Shown: positions 39,476-48,581 of the stretch, in pieces
Numbering within the stretch: the first letter of the stretch is position 1
Layout of the letters: every line of letters begins with the position of its first letter
DNA from: an uncultured Candidatus Poseidoniales archaeon
GTDB lineage: Archaea > Thermoplasmatota > Poseidoniia > Poseidoniales > Thalassarchaeaceae
Direction of reading: 5' to 3'
Assembly (NCBI GenBank): GCA_902511005.1
Contig: CABXDN010000004.1
Coordinates: forward strand, 28,404 to 92,403
Length of the DNA: 64,000 bases
Position numbers and translations under genes: made by a program
Notes under the pieces: model-generated
Databases searched by the model: none
What the model saw: the letters and a program-made list of their open reading frames with translations, nothing else
What the model was told of the DNA's origin: nothing

Positions 39476-40088
39476 TGCTAGTCTTTCAATTATTCTTGAG
39501 GCGATAATGTTCACTTCAGGTCGTTCTATGTCTACAGATGAGTTATCAAAAATTGTAGATAAAACCAGTGTAGATGTAAATACTGCCCTATCTGAATTAC
39601 AAGCAAGAATTAAACGAAGACAAGATTCTGCTTTGCAATTAACTGAAGTTTCTGGCCGTTGGATATTTGAGGTTCGCCCCAGTCTTTCGCCTCATTTACC
39701 GGAATCATTCCGCCCTGACACTCCACAAAGACTCCTTCCTGCCGCTGCCTTAATCGCCTACCACCAGCCAATGGCCCAATCTCAATTGGTAGAGATGCTT
39801 GGACAAAGAGCTTACGACCACGTAAGAGAATTAGCAAACCTAGGGCTTATCGATAGGCGTAGGGATGGCCTAACGCGTCGTCTAACTACAACTAGGAGGT
39901 TTGCAGAATATTTTGGTTGCCCAGAAGTAGACTATCGCGCTGTTCGTTCATGGTTCCGTTCTGAAGCCACCAAAGCGGGCCTGACTAGTGCTCAACTTGC
40001 TGCTTCCCTTGCACCTGATGAACAAATGTCTATTTCAGAGTTTATTGAAGAAGAAAATAATTCCAATTCTACAGTATCTGAGAATTAG
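39468..40088 (+). CDS. scpB: Segregation and condensation protein B.
   Basis: LSIILEAIMFTSGRSMSTDELSKIV is a typical ScpB N-terminus (LEAxLFxSGEPxSxxEL). The size fits two winged-helix domains. Confidence 0.8.
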   Translation: MSDASLSIILEAIMFTSGRSMSTDELSKIVDKTSVDVNTALSELQARIKRRQDSALQLTEVSGRWIFEVRPSLSPHLPESFRPDTPQRLLPAAALIAYHQPMAQSQLVEMLGQRAYDHVRELANLGLIDRRRDGLTRRLTTTRRFAEYFGCPEVDYRAVRSWFRSEATKAGLTSAQLAASLAPDEQMSISEFIEEENNSNSTVSEN

Positions 40089-40089
40089 A

Positions 40090-41382
40090 TTAATCTCCTC
40101 TAATCTTTAATAGTGCTGCTTCAACAGTTGCCATAGTTATTCTTTCACCACTTTCTTTGACCATATTAGCAACTAAATCAATTTCTTCATCCTTTGCACC
40201 CGCCGAACTTATCATATTCTTTAGATGTAATTTCATATGTCCTGCCTGTATTCCTACGGTGGCTAATGCTCTGAGTGCACCTAAATTTTGCGCCATCCCT
40301 GCTGCTGCCATTACTTTAGCCAAATCATTAGCGCTCTTTATCCCTAAAAGCGCTACATTTGCCTGAGCTCCAGGGTGTATTCTTACCGCTCCGCCTACAA
40401 GTCCTACAGCCATTGGGCATTCGATAGATCCAACTAAATTACCATCTGAATCCTTTTCCCAATGTGTCATTGAGGTATATTGTTTTTCATGTGCACAATA
40501 TGAATGAGCGCCTGATTCTATTGCACGCCAATCTTGTCCACATGCGATTGCTATAGGGGAAATAGCATTCATTATACCTTTGTTGTGAGTAGTTGCTCTA
40601 AACGGATCTGCAGCTGCAAAATGATATGCTTGTAATACTCCTTCAATTACTTCTGAACCTTGACTTGCTTCTCCTTTGTCTGACATTTCTTCAGGGGTAA
40701 AAGTTGCACTAACTCTAGCTAACCGGTGTATTGCCAAATTACTAATAATTCTCAAGATAACCGTTCCTTTCGATAATGATTCTATCTTAGGTGCAATAGT
40801 TTCAGCCATTGTATTTACTGCATTTGCTCCCATTGCATCTCTACAATCTACAAGGATATGGACAATAACCATTGGTCCAGACATGGTTTCTATTATTCTC
40901 ACTTCAACATCTTTACAACCACCTCCGAACTTTACTAAAATTGGATCGACATCATTACACGACTGAATCAGTTCGTCTTTTGCTGCAAGAATCAGATCTC
41001 TTGATTCTTCTGGATTTTCGCATCCAACGATTTGTATTTGGCCAATCATTATCGGGTCAGTATTATCTGATCTAAACCCGCCTTTAGCCTGGCATCTCTT
41101 TGCCATGTTAGATGCTGCAGCCACTACGCTCGCTTCTTCTACTACGAACGGAACTAGATAGTGTTCATCATCTATGATAAAATTCGTTGCTACTCCTATG
41201 GGTAGGGAATATCTTCCAACGACATTTTCAATCATCCTGTCTGCAGTGTCTTCTGATAATTCCGCATCTGCCCAAGCGTTAGTCTGTTCTTCAGTCAAAC
41301 CAGCTATATCTGCTAATTTCTGTCTTCTTTCAGGCACTGATAGTTTGTAAAACCCTTTCAATCGACTGTTATCTACTGGCAT
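40090..41382 (-). CDS. hmgA: Hydroxymethylglutaryl-CoA reductase, class II.
   Basis: 430 aa. ENVVGRYSLPIGVATNF matches the class II ENVIG / PxGVAxNF motifs. DAMGANAVNTMAE is also present. The size is class II. Confidence 0.9.
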   Translation of the reverse strand: MPVDNSRLKGFYKLSVPERRQKLADIAGLTEEQTNAWADAELSEDTADRMIENVVGRYSLPIGVATNFIIDDEHYLVPFVVEEASVVAAASNMAKRCQAKGGFRSDNTDPIMIGQIQIVGCENPEESRDLILAAKDELIQSCNDVDPILVKFGGGCKDVEVRIIETMSGPMVIVHILVDCRDAMGANAVNTMAETIAPKIESLSKGTVILRIISNLAIHRLARVSATFTPEEMSDKGEASQGSEVIEGVLQAYHFAAADPFRATTHNKGIMNAISPIAIACGQDWRAIESGAHSYCAHEKQYTSMTHWEKDSDGNLVGSIECPMAVGLVGGAVRIHPGAQANVALLGIKSANDLAKVMAAAGMAQNLGALRALATVGIQAGHMKLHLKNMISSAGAKDEEIDLVANMVKESGERITMATVEAALLKIRGD

Positions 41383-41554
41383 GTTTCCACCATTCTTTGG
41401 CAGAGCATACTACTTGTAATCTCTTTGCTTTATTCTAGTCTAATCGACTCTTTTATCCGGTTGAGAGTTAAGGGGCAGTATTGTTCATTTTTATTGAATA
41501 TTATTTACTTAATGTCTAATGAAAATCAAATTTTCTTATATTTCGAATGAATTA

Positions 41555-41720
41555 AAGCGTTAATAATGTTGTTAACGGGTTGTTAACGTGTCTAAAAAGC
41601 GTTAATAAAGCGTTAATAATTAATGGAATTAAATGCTTTATTAGTTTATTTTCGTATTTTTTATTCCGAATCTGATTTTTAATACGTTAATTTAGATGAA
41701 AATAAGCGTAATAATGCGTG
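41555..41720. repeat. Array of short direct and inverted repeats with a CGTTAA / GTTAAC core, next to an extremely AT-rich tract. It is a candidate origin or operator array.
   Basis: AAAGCGTTAATAA occurs at 41555-41567 and 41597-41608. AGCGTTAATAA is at 41609-41619. A degenerate AAGCGTAATAA is at 41704-41714 and ACGTTAAT at 41684-41691. Tandem GTTGTTAACG lies at 41568-41577 and 41579-41588. Upstream, 41470-41550 is about 80% A+T. Confidence 0.6.
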
Positions 41721-41753
41721 AACATTATGAACTAGTAGTATCTCACGTTGAAT

Positions 41754-43706
41754 ATGTCTGCCGCAGGGGTTAGTATGCTAGACTTACCTTCCGTAAGGGG
41801 CAATCCCTTCGACAACAGACCTATTGAAGCATCTCGTGCTCACGATCTAGTCGGAAGGCAAAAAATACTTCACCGATGGAGAGACCATATTCTCTCAGGC
41901 TCACCCAGAATGATATTGCTAGTTGGGGAACCAGGTTCAGGTCGCACATCAATGATTAACACCATATCTTCTCAAACACCAAAGAAATATATTGGTCAGT
42001 TTTTGTCAGATGACGACGACCAAGTCCGTACAGTATTACATGAAATCGTAACTCACTTTGGTTCATTCCAGCCAATACCTACAATGAATCAATTATCCCA
42101 AAAGTTAGTTTCTATTCTTGATGAAGAAAAGGGTCCGTTGCCTCTTATTGCATTAGACTATCCTTCTCGGGCAACCGACATCAATATTTTTCTTTCAAGA
42201 ATTTCTCCGATACTATCTAGATTAAGGGCCATGATTATAGTGACTATTACTGAATCTCAACTCCTAGAACTCGACTTAGAACTCAAAGAAATGTTTGATG
42301 AACCAGAGAGGATACCTAATTTTACTAAAAAAGAGATTCAAGAAATGGTAAATAACAGAATGAGAATTAAATCCAAAGAGAAATGGAATATTAATTCTAA
42401 AATCCTTGAATCAATTCACTCCAGCACTGGAGGAAATCCTCGCGAAGTAATCAAGATATTGAAATGCTTAGTTGACGAGAAAAGAGAGCTGGGTTATGAT
42501 GGGACTTTAGAGAACTTAATGGCATGGCAAAATCAAACACCGCCTAGTGCCGAATCAACAGTGATTAGTCCACCCTCTACTACAGAGGAAAATAAAGTAG
42601 AAATAACTCCGATTATTAATTTTGAAACAAATAAAATAGATGAGTTGATCGAAGATGATGATGATTTTATCGTTGATGAAGAACCTTTAGATATGTGGGA
42701 TGAGGATGATGATAATGATGATGATGAAGACCCGATTTGGTCCGAAAGTTTCTCATTCGAAGATAATATCGAGAGTCCTGCAGAAGATACAAACATTATT
42801 GATGTTAATCTTCATCATAGAATTTCAGAACTTGAAGAAGAGGAGAATGTGGACTCCATTCCCTCAACAGAACCCCTAATCCCTAAAATAAATTCTGAAC
42901 CTATCTTGGAGACCGAATTATTTATGCAACCGGGTACTGAACCACCTAAAAGTTCAATTTCTGGGGGTGCATTTGGTGGTTTGCGTGCACGTCTCGCAAA
43001 GACATCTTCTGATATGATTGAAAATGAGATTAGTGATGTTCCAATAACTTATGCAGACACACCTCAATCTCAACCGACCTTAGATCGATTCGTAGATAGT
43101 CATAAACTAGTCCAAGATAAAAAAACTATTGCCGAATTACCGAATTACTCTAATGCCTCTTTCGATAGTAATGTCGAACCCAGCAATTATGACCGAGTAA
43201 TGAGTGATGAAGGTGCCGAATGGTCGGTAGCACCTCCTTTCTCATCTACTTTACCTGAATCCTCATTTGAATCTGATGTGATCCCCTCAAATTCTGATTC
43301 TGAACATAAGGATCCAATCCAGTCAGAAGCAACTTTTTTTGAAGAGTTCAATGAGCCCGAAGAAATAATTCAGCCGGTCCCAGCAAATTCTCACGAATTA
43401 TCTTCTATCCCAACTGATAAATTAATTCCTAATTTCTCAAATTTTGAACCAAGATGGGACCCCGACCGCCCTTTGGATACTGCGCGTTTTTATTTATTAT
43501 CGGATGCTGAAAGATTAATTTTACAAATATCATCAATAAGAGAAATATCTCCCTCTGATGATGAATTACAAGCCCGATTAGAAGTAGGTAGGCCACGTTT
43601 ATCCCAACTTTACAATAGTTTACATAAATCAGGCCTACTATCAGTAAGAAAACAAGGTCGAACACGTTTATTCAAATTAAGCAATGCTGCTGCTGAAGAA
43701 TTTTGA
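41754..43706 (+). CDS. Divergent Orc1/Cdc6-like AAA+ protein with degenerate Walker motifs, a long acidic disordered insert and a C-terminal winged helix.
   Basis: The N-terminus LVGRQKILHRWRDHILSGSPRMILLVGEPGSGRTSMI follows the Orc1/AAA_16 pattern. The Walker A Lys is replaced by Arg (GSGRTS). The Walker B position reads LIALDY, so DE has become DY. A sensor-2-like TGGNPREVIKILKCL is present. Residues about 260-560 are Asp/Glu/Ser/Pro-rich low complexity (DDDDFIVDEEPLDMWDEDDDNDDDEDP). The C-terminus LSQLYNSLHKSGLLSVRKQGRTRLFKL is wH-like. Confidence 0.55.
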   Translation: MSAAGVSMLDLPSVRGNPFDNRPIEASRAHDLVGRQKILHRWRDHILSGSPRMILLVGEPGSGRTSMINTISSQTPKKYIGQFLSDDDDQVRTVLHEIVTHFGSFQPIPTMNQLSQKLVSILDEEKGPLPLIALDYPSRATDINIFLSRISPILSRLRAMIIVTITESQLLELDLELKEMFDEPERIPNFTKKEIQEMVNNRMRIKSKEKWNINSKILESIHSSTGGNPREVIKILKCLVDEKRELGYDGTLENLMAWQNQTPPSAESTVISPPSTTEENKVEITPIINFETNKIDELIEDDDDFIVDEEPLDMWDEDDDNDDDEDPIWSESFSFEDNIESPAEDTNIIDVNLHHRISELEEEENVDSIPSTEPLIPKINSEPILETELFMQPGTEPPKSSISGGAFGGLRARLAKTSSDMIENEISDVPITYADTPQSQPTLDRFVDSHKLVQDKKTIAELPNYSNASFDSNVEPSNYDRVMSDEGAEWSVAPPFSSTLPESSFESDVIPSNSDSEHKDPIQSEATFFEEFNEPEEIIQPVPANSHELSSIPTDKLIPNFSNFEPRWDPDRPLDTARFYLLSDAERLILQISSIREISPSDDELQARLEVGRPRLSQLYNSLHKSGLLSVRKQGRTRLFKLSNAAAEEF

Positions 43707-43715
43707 GGGATAAAT

Positions 43716-44012
43716 ATGTCAGATAATGGGAATATAGTTACAAGGAAAAAAGTTGAAGATTATCTTGCTTTAACGGCTGAAGCCAGAATCAAAGCAACTC
43801 CTATTACTAATAATGATGAGGATGAAAAAAGATTGAATTCCATGCTTAGAATGTGTGATGATTACCAACATGATGCTCGTTATTTTATGAATGAAGGGGA
43901 CCTAGTTCGTGCTTTCGGAGCGATAAATTATGCCCATGCATGGATTGATGCTGCGGTAAGAATAGGCTTAATGGATGGGCATGATGATGATCGCTTATTC
44001 ACATTACCTTAA
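43716..44012 (+). CDS. Small conserved-looking hypothetical protein (98 aa), possibly of a DUF357-like archaeal family.
   Basis: It starts 10 bp after the Orc1-like stop on the same strand. The C-terminal AFGAINYAHAWIDAAVRIGLMDGHDD reads like a conserved helical core. The family assignment is from memory only. Confidence 0.35.
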   Translation: MSDNGNIVTRKKVEDYLALTAEARIKATPITNNDEDEKRLNSMLRMCDDYQHDARYFMNEGDLVRAFGAINYAHAWIDAAVRIGLMDGHDDDRLFTLP

Positions 44013-44401
44013 TTATGAATTAAACGCAGAACATTTCTTGAAGTTACTTCAATATATGATCCTCCATTATTTATCAATCTCTCTTTCAATCTCCTGTCTA
44101 CAGTTAGTACTGGCCAGCCATTTTTTGTAGATAAATCGAGTAACATCCCATCAGTGTGCCTAATTCCTTCTGGTGCCTCAATAAATTCTGACTTCCTATC
44201 TAATAAATCTAATAACAAACCTTTGCGGTGATTTGATAGCGAAATCAACTCTTCTCTAACTTTTGATAAAAGAAGATATTTTGGTTTTCCAATTACTTTA
44301 CTCATAGAAACATCTAGATTTAGGCCAGCATCAATTAATGCAGCCCATCCACAAGCGTCTATTAGGACGCAATTCATTGATTCACCCCAAAATAGTTCCA
44401 T
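44009..44401 (-). CDS. PIN-domain protein (VapC-like fold). It belongs to the conserved archaeal aIF2-gamma neighbourhood.
   Basis: 130 aa. The N-terminal acidic residue sits in a beta-strand (CVLIDACGWAALIDAG), and the C-terminal TVDRRLKERL is typical of PIN. It overlaps the aIF2-gamma 3' end by 20 nt. Confidence 0.55.
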   Translation of the reverse strand: MELFWGESMNCVLIDACGWAALIDAGLNLDVSMSKVIGKPKYLLLSKVREELISLSNHRKGLLLDLLDRKSEFIEAPEGIRHTDGMLLDLSTKNGWPVLTVDRRLKERLINNGGSYIEVTSRNVLRLIHN

Positions 44402-45626
44402 GACCTATTAAACGCCATCTGGAACCTACTCTTCTCGATAATGTAATTCTACTACCCACTTTAGCACAAATAGGCAATCTAAGAGAAATTTTTGATACCT
44501 TTCCTTTCTTAGCAACTGTTCCTACTGATGTAGCGGTAGCTGAATTTATCATTAACATCTCATTCATTGATAATGGTCGAACAGGATCTGAACCTCCATC
44601 TCCACCGGCAACCATCTTCTCTAGTAATTCCAGTTCTAGTTCTAATGTCTGCCATATTGGTGGTAATTCGCCTTCTTTTGCCATGACTTGACCGGATAAC
44701 TCATCGGCCTTTGTAGCGACAGGATCGAGAGGTGTAGCGATACCACAAAGTCCTCCTGCATGTGCAGTTTCAAGATTTATTCCTCCTCCTTTAATACTCT
44801 CAATATAAGTTTCAAGTGGTTCCCATCGAGTTTTATTTCCTTCTTGTATTCTTCTTCCTGGGGCAATCATTATCTTATCTCCGACATTGAAAGATCCCTC
44901 GACTATACTTCCTCCGATAATACCGCCTGATAGTTCGTTTGGGCGAGCTCCTGGGCGATTGGTATCGAAAGATCTAGCTACATACATCAAACCAACATCT
45001 TCTTGTGAACGATCAGGAGTTGGGATAGTATGTTCAATTGCTTGTATTAAGACATCTAGGTTTACATCATGATGAGCCGAAATAGGTATTATAGGGGCTT
45101 CTTCAGCTATAGTTTCCTTAACGAAATCTTTGATTTCATTATATGATTCCATCGCCCTCTCTTGTGAAACTATATCTATTTTATTTTGCACGATTACAAT
45201 ATTTTTGATTCCTGCAATTTGTAATGCTGCTAAATGTTCTCTTGTTTGAGGTTGAGGGCACTTTTCGGTAGCAGAAATCAGCAACAATGCCCCATCCATT
45301 ATGGAAGCCCCAGATATCATTACTGCCATCAGAGTTTCGTGACCTGGTGCGTCAACAAACGAAACAACTCTCAATAGATCTTTATCGGAATCTTTCTTAC
45401 CTTCAGGATGCTTTCCTTTAGCATAATATTCTCCATCAACTGTCGAATAGAATGTAGTATCTGCATAACCAAGTTTGATGCTGATGCCTCTCTTTCTCTC
45501 TTCTGAATGAGTATCAGTCCAAGTACCAGAAAGAGCTTGTGTTAGCGTCGTTTTACCATGATCGACATGTCCGACCATACCAATATTTACTTCGGGCTGT
45601 CTTTTAATCTCAGCCAGAAGCATCAT
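44382..45626 (-). CDS. eif2g: Translation initiation factor aIF-2 gamma subunit.
   Basis: G1 motif VNIGMVGHVDHGKTTL. DAPGHE, NKID and SAH G-motifs are present. 414 aa. Confidence 0.95.
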   Translation of the reverse strand: MMLLAEIKRQPEVNIGMVGHVDHGKTTLTQALSGTWTDTHSEERKRGISIKLGYADTTFYSTVDGEYYAKGKHPEGKKDSDKDLLRVVSFVDAPGHETLMAVMISGASIMDGALLLISATEKCPQPQTREHLAALQIAGIKNIVIVQNKIDIVSQERAMESYNEIKDFVKETIAEEAPIIPISAHHDVNLDVLIQAIEHTIPTPDRSQEDVGLMYVARSFDTNRPGARPNELSGGIIGGSIVEGSFNVGDKIMIAPGRRIQEGNKTRWEPLETYIESIKGGGINLETAHAGGLCGIATPLDPVATKADELSGQVMAKEGELPPIWQTLELELELLEKMVAGGDGGSDPVRPLSMNEMLMINSATATSVGTVAKKGKVSKISLRLPICAKVGSRITLSRRVGSRWRLIGHGTILG

Positions 45627-45636
45627 CCCCTACCGT

Positions 45637-46152
45637 TCACTCCTCTTCATTGGAAGTGGTTTCGATAGGTACATCTTCTTCGTCTCCTAGAATCGATCCT
45701 AGAGACTTCTTGCCATATTCCAATACCTTTAGGTTTAGTTGACGAGTATCTGTACTAATAGTATTACCACGAAGGTTTCGGCGACGACGTAGACCATCAT
45801 ACTTGTATCTGTAAATCTTTGAATTTTTCTTAACATAACGCTTGCCTTTGTATCCGGTACCTGCTGTAATAAGTATTGATTTTACATTACCACCTTCCAA
45901 TTCTGAACGCATTGGACGGCCAGTTTTATCAGAGCCGCCAGTAATTTGAAGTTTGTAGCCATTTAGTGAACTCTCTCCTTCCCCTACAAACATACCTTCA
46001 ACAGAGTCTCCAATCTTCTTTCCTAGGAAATGATTGAAGTTTGAACCAGTAATTTCTACTGAAAAAGAACGACCCTTAGCACTAGGCTTAGTATCGTTGA
46101 TTACCGCTTTGAAAGATTGCTCACCTGCCATATTAGTCACCTTAGACGGCAT
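45637..46152 (-). CDS. rps6e: 30S ribosomal protein S6e.
   Basis: FKAVINDTKPSAKGRSFSVEI...GYKLQITGGSDKTGRPMR matches the S6e core (KITGGxDKQGFPM). The real start may be the internal MAGEQSF at 46131. Confidence 0.85.
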   Translation of the reverse strand: MPSKVTNMAGEQSFKAVINDTKPSAKGRSFSVEITGSNFNHFLGKKIGDSVEGMFVGEGESSLNGYKLQITGGSDKTGRPMRSELEGGNVKSILITAGTGYKGKRYVKKNSKIYRYKYDGLRRRRNLRGNTISTDTRQLNLKVLEYGKKSLGSILGDEEDVPIETTSNEEE

Positions 46153-46206
46153 CCCGACATACGGCCCCTATAAGAGCGGTTCGGAAGCCCCTATGACGAG
46201 TAAGAA

Positions 46207-47412
46207 TCATCTTTGTAGATCCATCTCAATCCTAGTAGCAAGATTTGCAGGCGCTACATTGTTCATTGTTATGTACTGCGTTCTTCCTCTTCCAATGTTT
46301 GATTTATCGTTTCTTGTCTCAATTAATCCCTCATTTTGGAGTAATTTTAGATGTTTCCAGAATGTAGTATGGCTCTTAGGTTTCGATTCATATTCTTCAC
46401 ATACTAAGTGATATAATTTCTCTGCATCTCCTGTATTTATTTCTGATTCCTTCTTCAATCTTCTACATAAGCCGAGCATAATTAATTTTTGATCTTTAGA
46501 AAGGCCGTCTACTTGACTCGGTTCTATAGAAGCTGTTCTCACTGAACTTTGTTCGATATCGCTGATTAAGACTTCTCCTCTACCTGCAGACTCTGCTTTT
46601 CTAATTGCAGAATCAAGTAATTCTATTGCTAATCTTGCATCGCCTGAATCGCTTGCCATAGTTCCAATTTTTTCAAGAATTTCTTCACTTATTGACCCAC
46701 TTCTACAGGCAATGTCGGCTCTTTGTCTTGTAATTTCAATGAGTCCTTTCTTGTTATATGGCCTTAGTTGTAAGATATTACTAGCCCCTAATCTAGAGAT
46801 TATCGCTGGCTCAAATAATTTTAGTAACATTGAATCCTGACTTACTAGAATTAGTGATAATGAACCTTGTCTTTCTTGACTCTCATCTATCCGTAAGAGT
46901 TTGTATATTAAATCGAAATTATCCCTTCTAACCAACGCGTCTACCTCATCTAATACGAGTAAAAGATGATTATTATGAGTTCTTAGATTTCTTCGTATCG
47001 ATTGGATTATTTCACCCGAACTTAATCCTCTTTCTGGATGCCCAGAATCTAGAGATATCGCTATTTGTTGTAAAACCTGAGACGTAGAGGGGTTATTTCT
47101 GCAGTTAACATGCGAATAAGAAATTTTTCTTTTACCTTCTAAATGCTTTAACAAATCCTGTCCAAAGCGCCTACTCAGAACCGTTTTACCAGATCCAACA
47201 GGGCCCGTAATCACTGCTCTACAACTTGAATTATGATTCTCTATATGGGAAAACATACTTGCGAGTTCACTTAATTCTTTATCTCTACCTACTAGATTAT
47301 TAGGTGTCCAATCAAACGAAATCGGTTCTCTATTGATTAGGATTTTACCCGCGCCTATCCGGTCGAGGTATCCTGACATTAATTTGCTATTTATTCGGTC
47401 GTTCTTAGACAT
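46207..47412 (-). CDS. orc1: Orc1/Cdc6 replication initiator, canonical.
   Basis: Walker A GPVGSGKT, Walker B LLLVLDEVDAL, sensor 2 ARLAIELLDSAIRKA and a C-terminal winged helix. 401 aa. Confidence 0.9.
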   Translation of the reverse strand: MSKNDRINSKLMSGYLDRIGAGKILINREPISFDWTPNNLVGRDKELSELASMFSHIENHNSSCRAVITGPVGSGKTVLSRRFGQDLLKHLEGKRKISYSHVNCRNNPSTSQVLQQIAISLDSGHPERGLSSGEIIQSIRRNLRTHNNHLLLVLDEVDALVRRDNFDLIYKLLRIDESQERQGSLSLILVSQDSMLLKLFEPAIISRLGASNILQLRPYNKKGLIEITRQRADIACRSGSISEEILEKIGTMASDSGDARLAIELLDSAIRKAESAGRGEVLISDIEQSSVRTASIEPSQVDGLSKDQKLIMLGLCRRLKKESEINTGDAEKLYHLVCEEYESKPKSHTTFWKHLKLLQNEGLIETRNDKSNIGRGRTQYITMNNVAPANLATRIEMDLQR

Positions 47413-47458
47413 ATCCGGAACAATATGTTACTATACCTGTTTCTAATAATATTTCTAA

Positions 47459-48568
47459 TCACGGTATCTCATCAAATTGGTAGCCATGCTCCCAACTCTT
47501 CTCACCCAGCGATACTTCTAGCTCAAAAGGTGTGATAAGTGGCTTAGCATATTTGACAGCATCATCTATTGCAATTCTTGGGCATGCTGTATTGACAAAT
47601 GCATCTACGGGATAGAAGTCGATTAGATCAGGACCAACATGATCTAGAGCCAATAGATAACCTTTTTTGCCATGCTTTTTAAGCAGATTTTTCATTCTTA
47701 TAGCCAGATTTCTTCTCATTTGTCCAGGTTTTTCTCCAATTAATATTCCAAAATTCTTCGCATTATCAACTGCAAAAATCAGCCCCATTCGTTGCCTTAA
47801 TAATCTCTCAATTCGGCCAAATGACATTTCACTGGCATCTCCTGTGTATGGGTCTAGTAAGGCTAATGGTTTACCTGTGTGCATAACTAAACCAATGGGG
47901 TGAAAGTCTCCTGAGCCTAGGAAAAGATAGTGTCCAATCTCGGGGTCATCTCCTGAGTAATTACACCCTAGAACTTGACCTGGAAAAGTCAACCTTGCGC
48001 CACCCACTGGTATTTCAACCTCGAAGCCTGCACTCTCAAATCTTTTCTTATAATCGAATAATAAATGTAGATGTTGAATAGAACCTACTAGTCCTAATTT
48101 GGTTCCAGTTAGAGGGGCGACTCTCCCCACCGCATCAACAAATCTTTCCATTGCTTCTTCGTCAGTCAGATCCAACTCTTCTCCAGAATTCGCCAACCTT
48201 GCCTCTGCAATTGCTTTATGCTGTGCTAAAATAGGTAAGACTGGATCAATCACAGGGTCTCCTTCGTATGTAACTGGAATAAAATGAGTTGGCATTCCTG
48301 AATCAATATTCATTTGAGAATGACCCATGTGAGCAACTAATTCCACTCCCATCATTTTCATCTTGTCATGTACTAAATCACATGCTCCATAACAAGGGTC
48401 TGCTGCTAGAATAACTTTAGCTGCCGATTCATCTTCTATTGAATCCATCATCTCTAAAGCTTGCATCTTGAGTCCTTCTGGAACCTGCAGAGCTACGAGT
48501 CGATGATCATTCTCTTTAATTCTTGCAACCAAATCTTCTAGTTCGAAATCATGTTTATTTAAGTCCAA
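47459..48568 (-). CDS. dph2: 2-(3-amino-3-carboxypropyl)histidine synthase (diphthamide biosynthesis, Dph2).
   Basis: The three-domain Dph2 layout is present, with conserved Cys in PCYGACD and further Cys in the second and third domains. N-terminus LVALQVPEGLK. 369 aa. Confidence 0.8.
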   Translation of the reverse strand: MDLNKHDFELEDLVARIKENDHRLVALQVPEGLKMQALEMMDSIEDESAAKVILAADPCYGACDLVHDKMKMMGVELVAHMGHSQMNIDSGMPTHFIPVTYEGDPVIDPVLPILAQHKAIAEARLANSGEELDLTDEEAMERFVDAVGRVAPLTGTKLGLVGSIQHLHLLFDYKKRFESAGFEVEIPVGGARLTFPGQVLGCNYSGDDPEIGHYLFLGSGDFHPIGLVMHTGKPLALLDPYTGDASEMSFGRIERLLRQRMGLIFAVDNAKNFGILIGEKPGQMRRNLAIRMKNLLKKHGKKGYLLALDHVGPDLIDFYPVDAFVNTACPRIAIDDAVKYAKPLITPFELEVSLGEKSWEHGYQFDEIP

Positions 48569-48581
48569 ATTACCAACCCCT

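Noticed and set aside
41540-41720. Possible CRISPR array, suggested by the repeated GCGTTAATAA units.
   Set aside because: The repeat units are only about 11 nt, the spacing is irregular (0 to 70 nt), the orientation is mixed and there are no cas genes. It is treated as an origin or operator repeat array instead.
43716-44012. Spt4/RpoE''-like small zinc-finger protein, which is often found near aIF2-gamma.
   Set aside because: The protein has a single Cys and no C4 pattern, and it lies on the opposite strand from the aIF2-gamma cluster.
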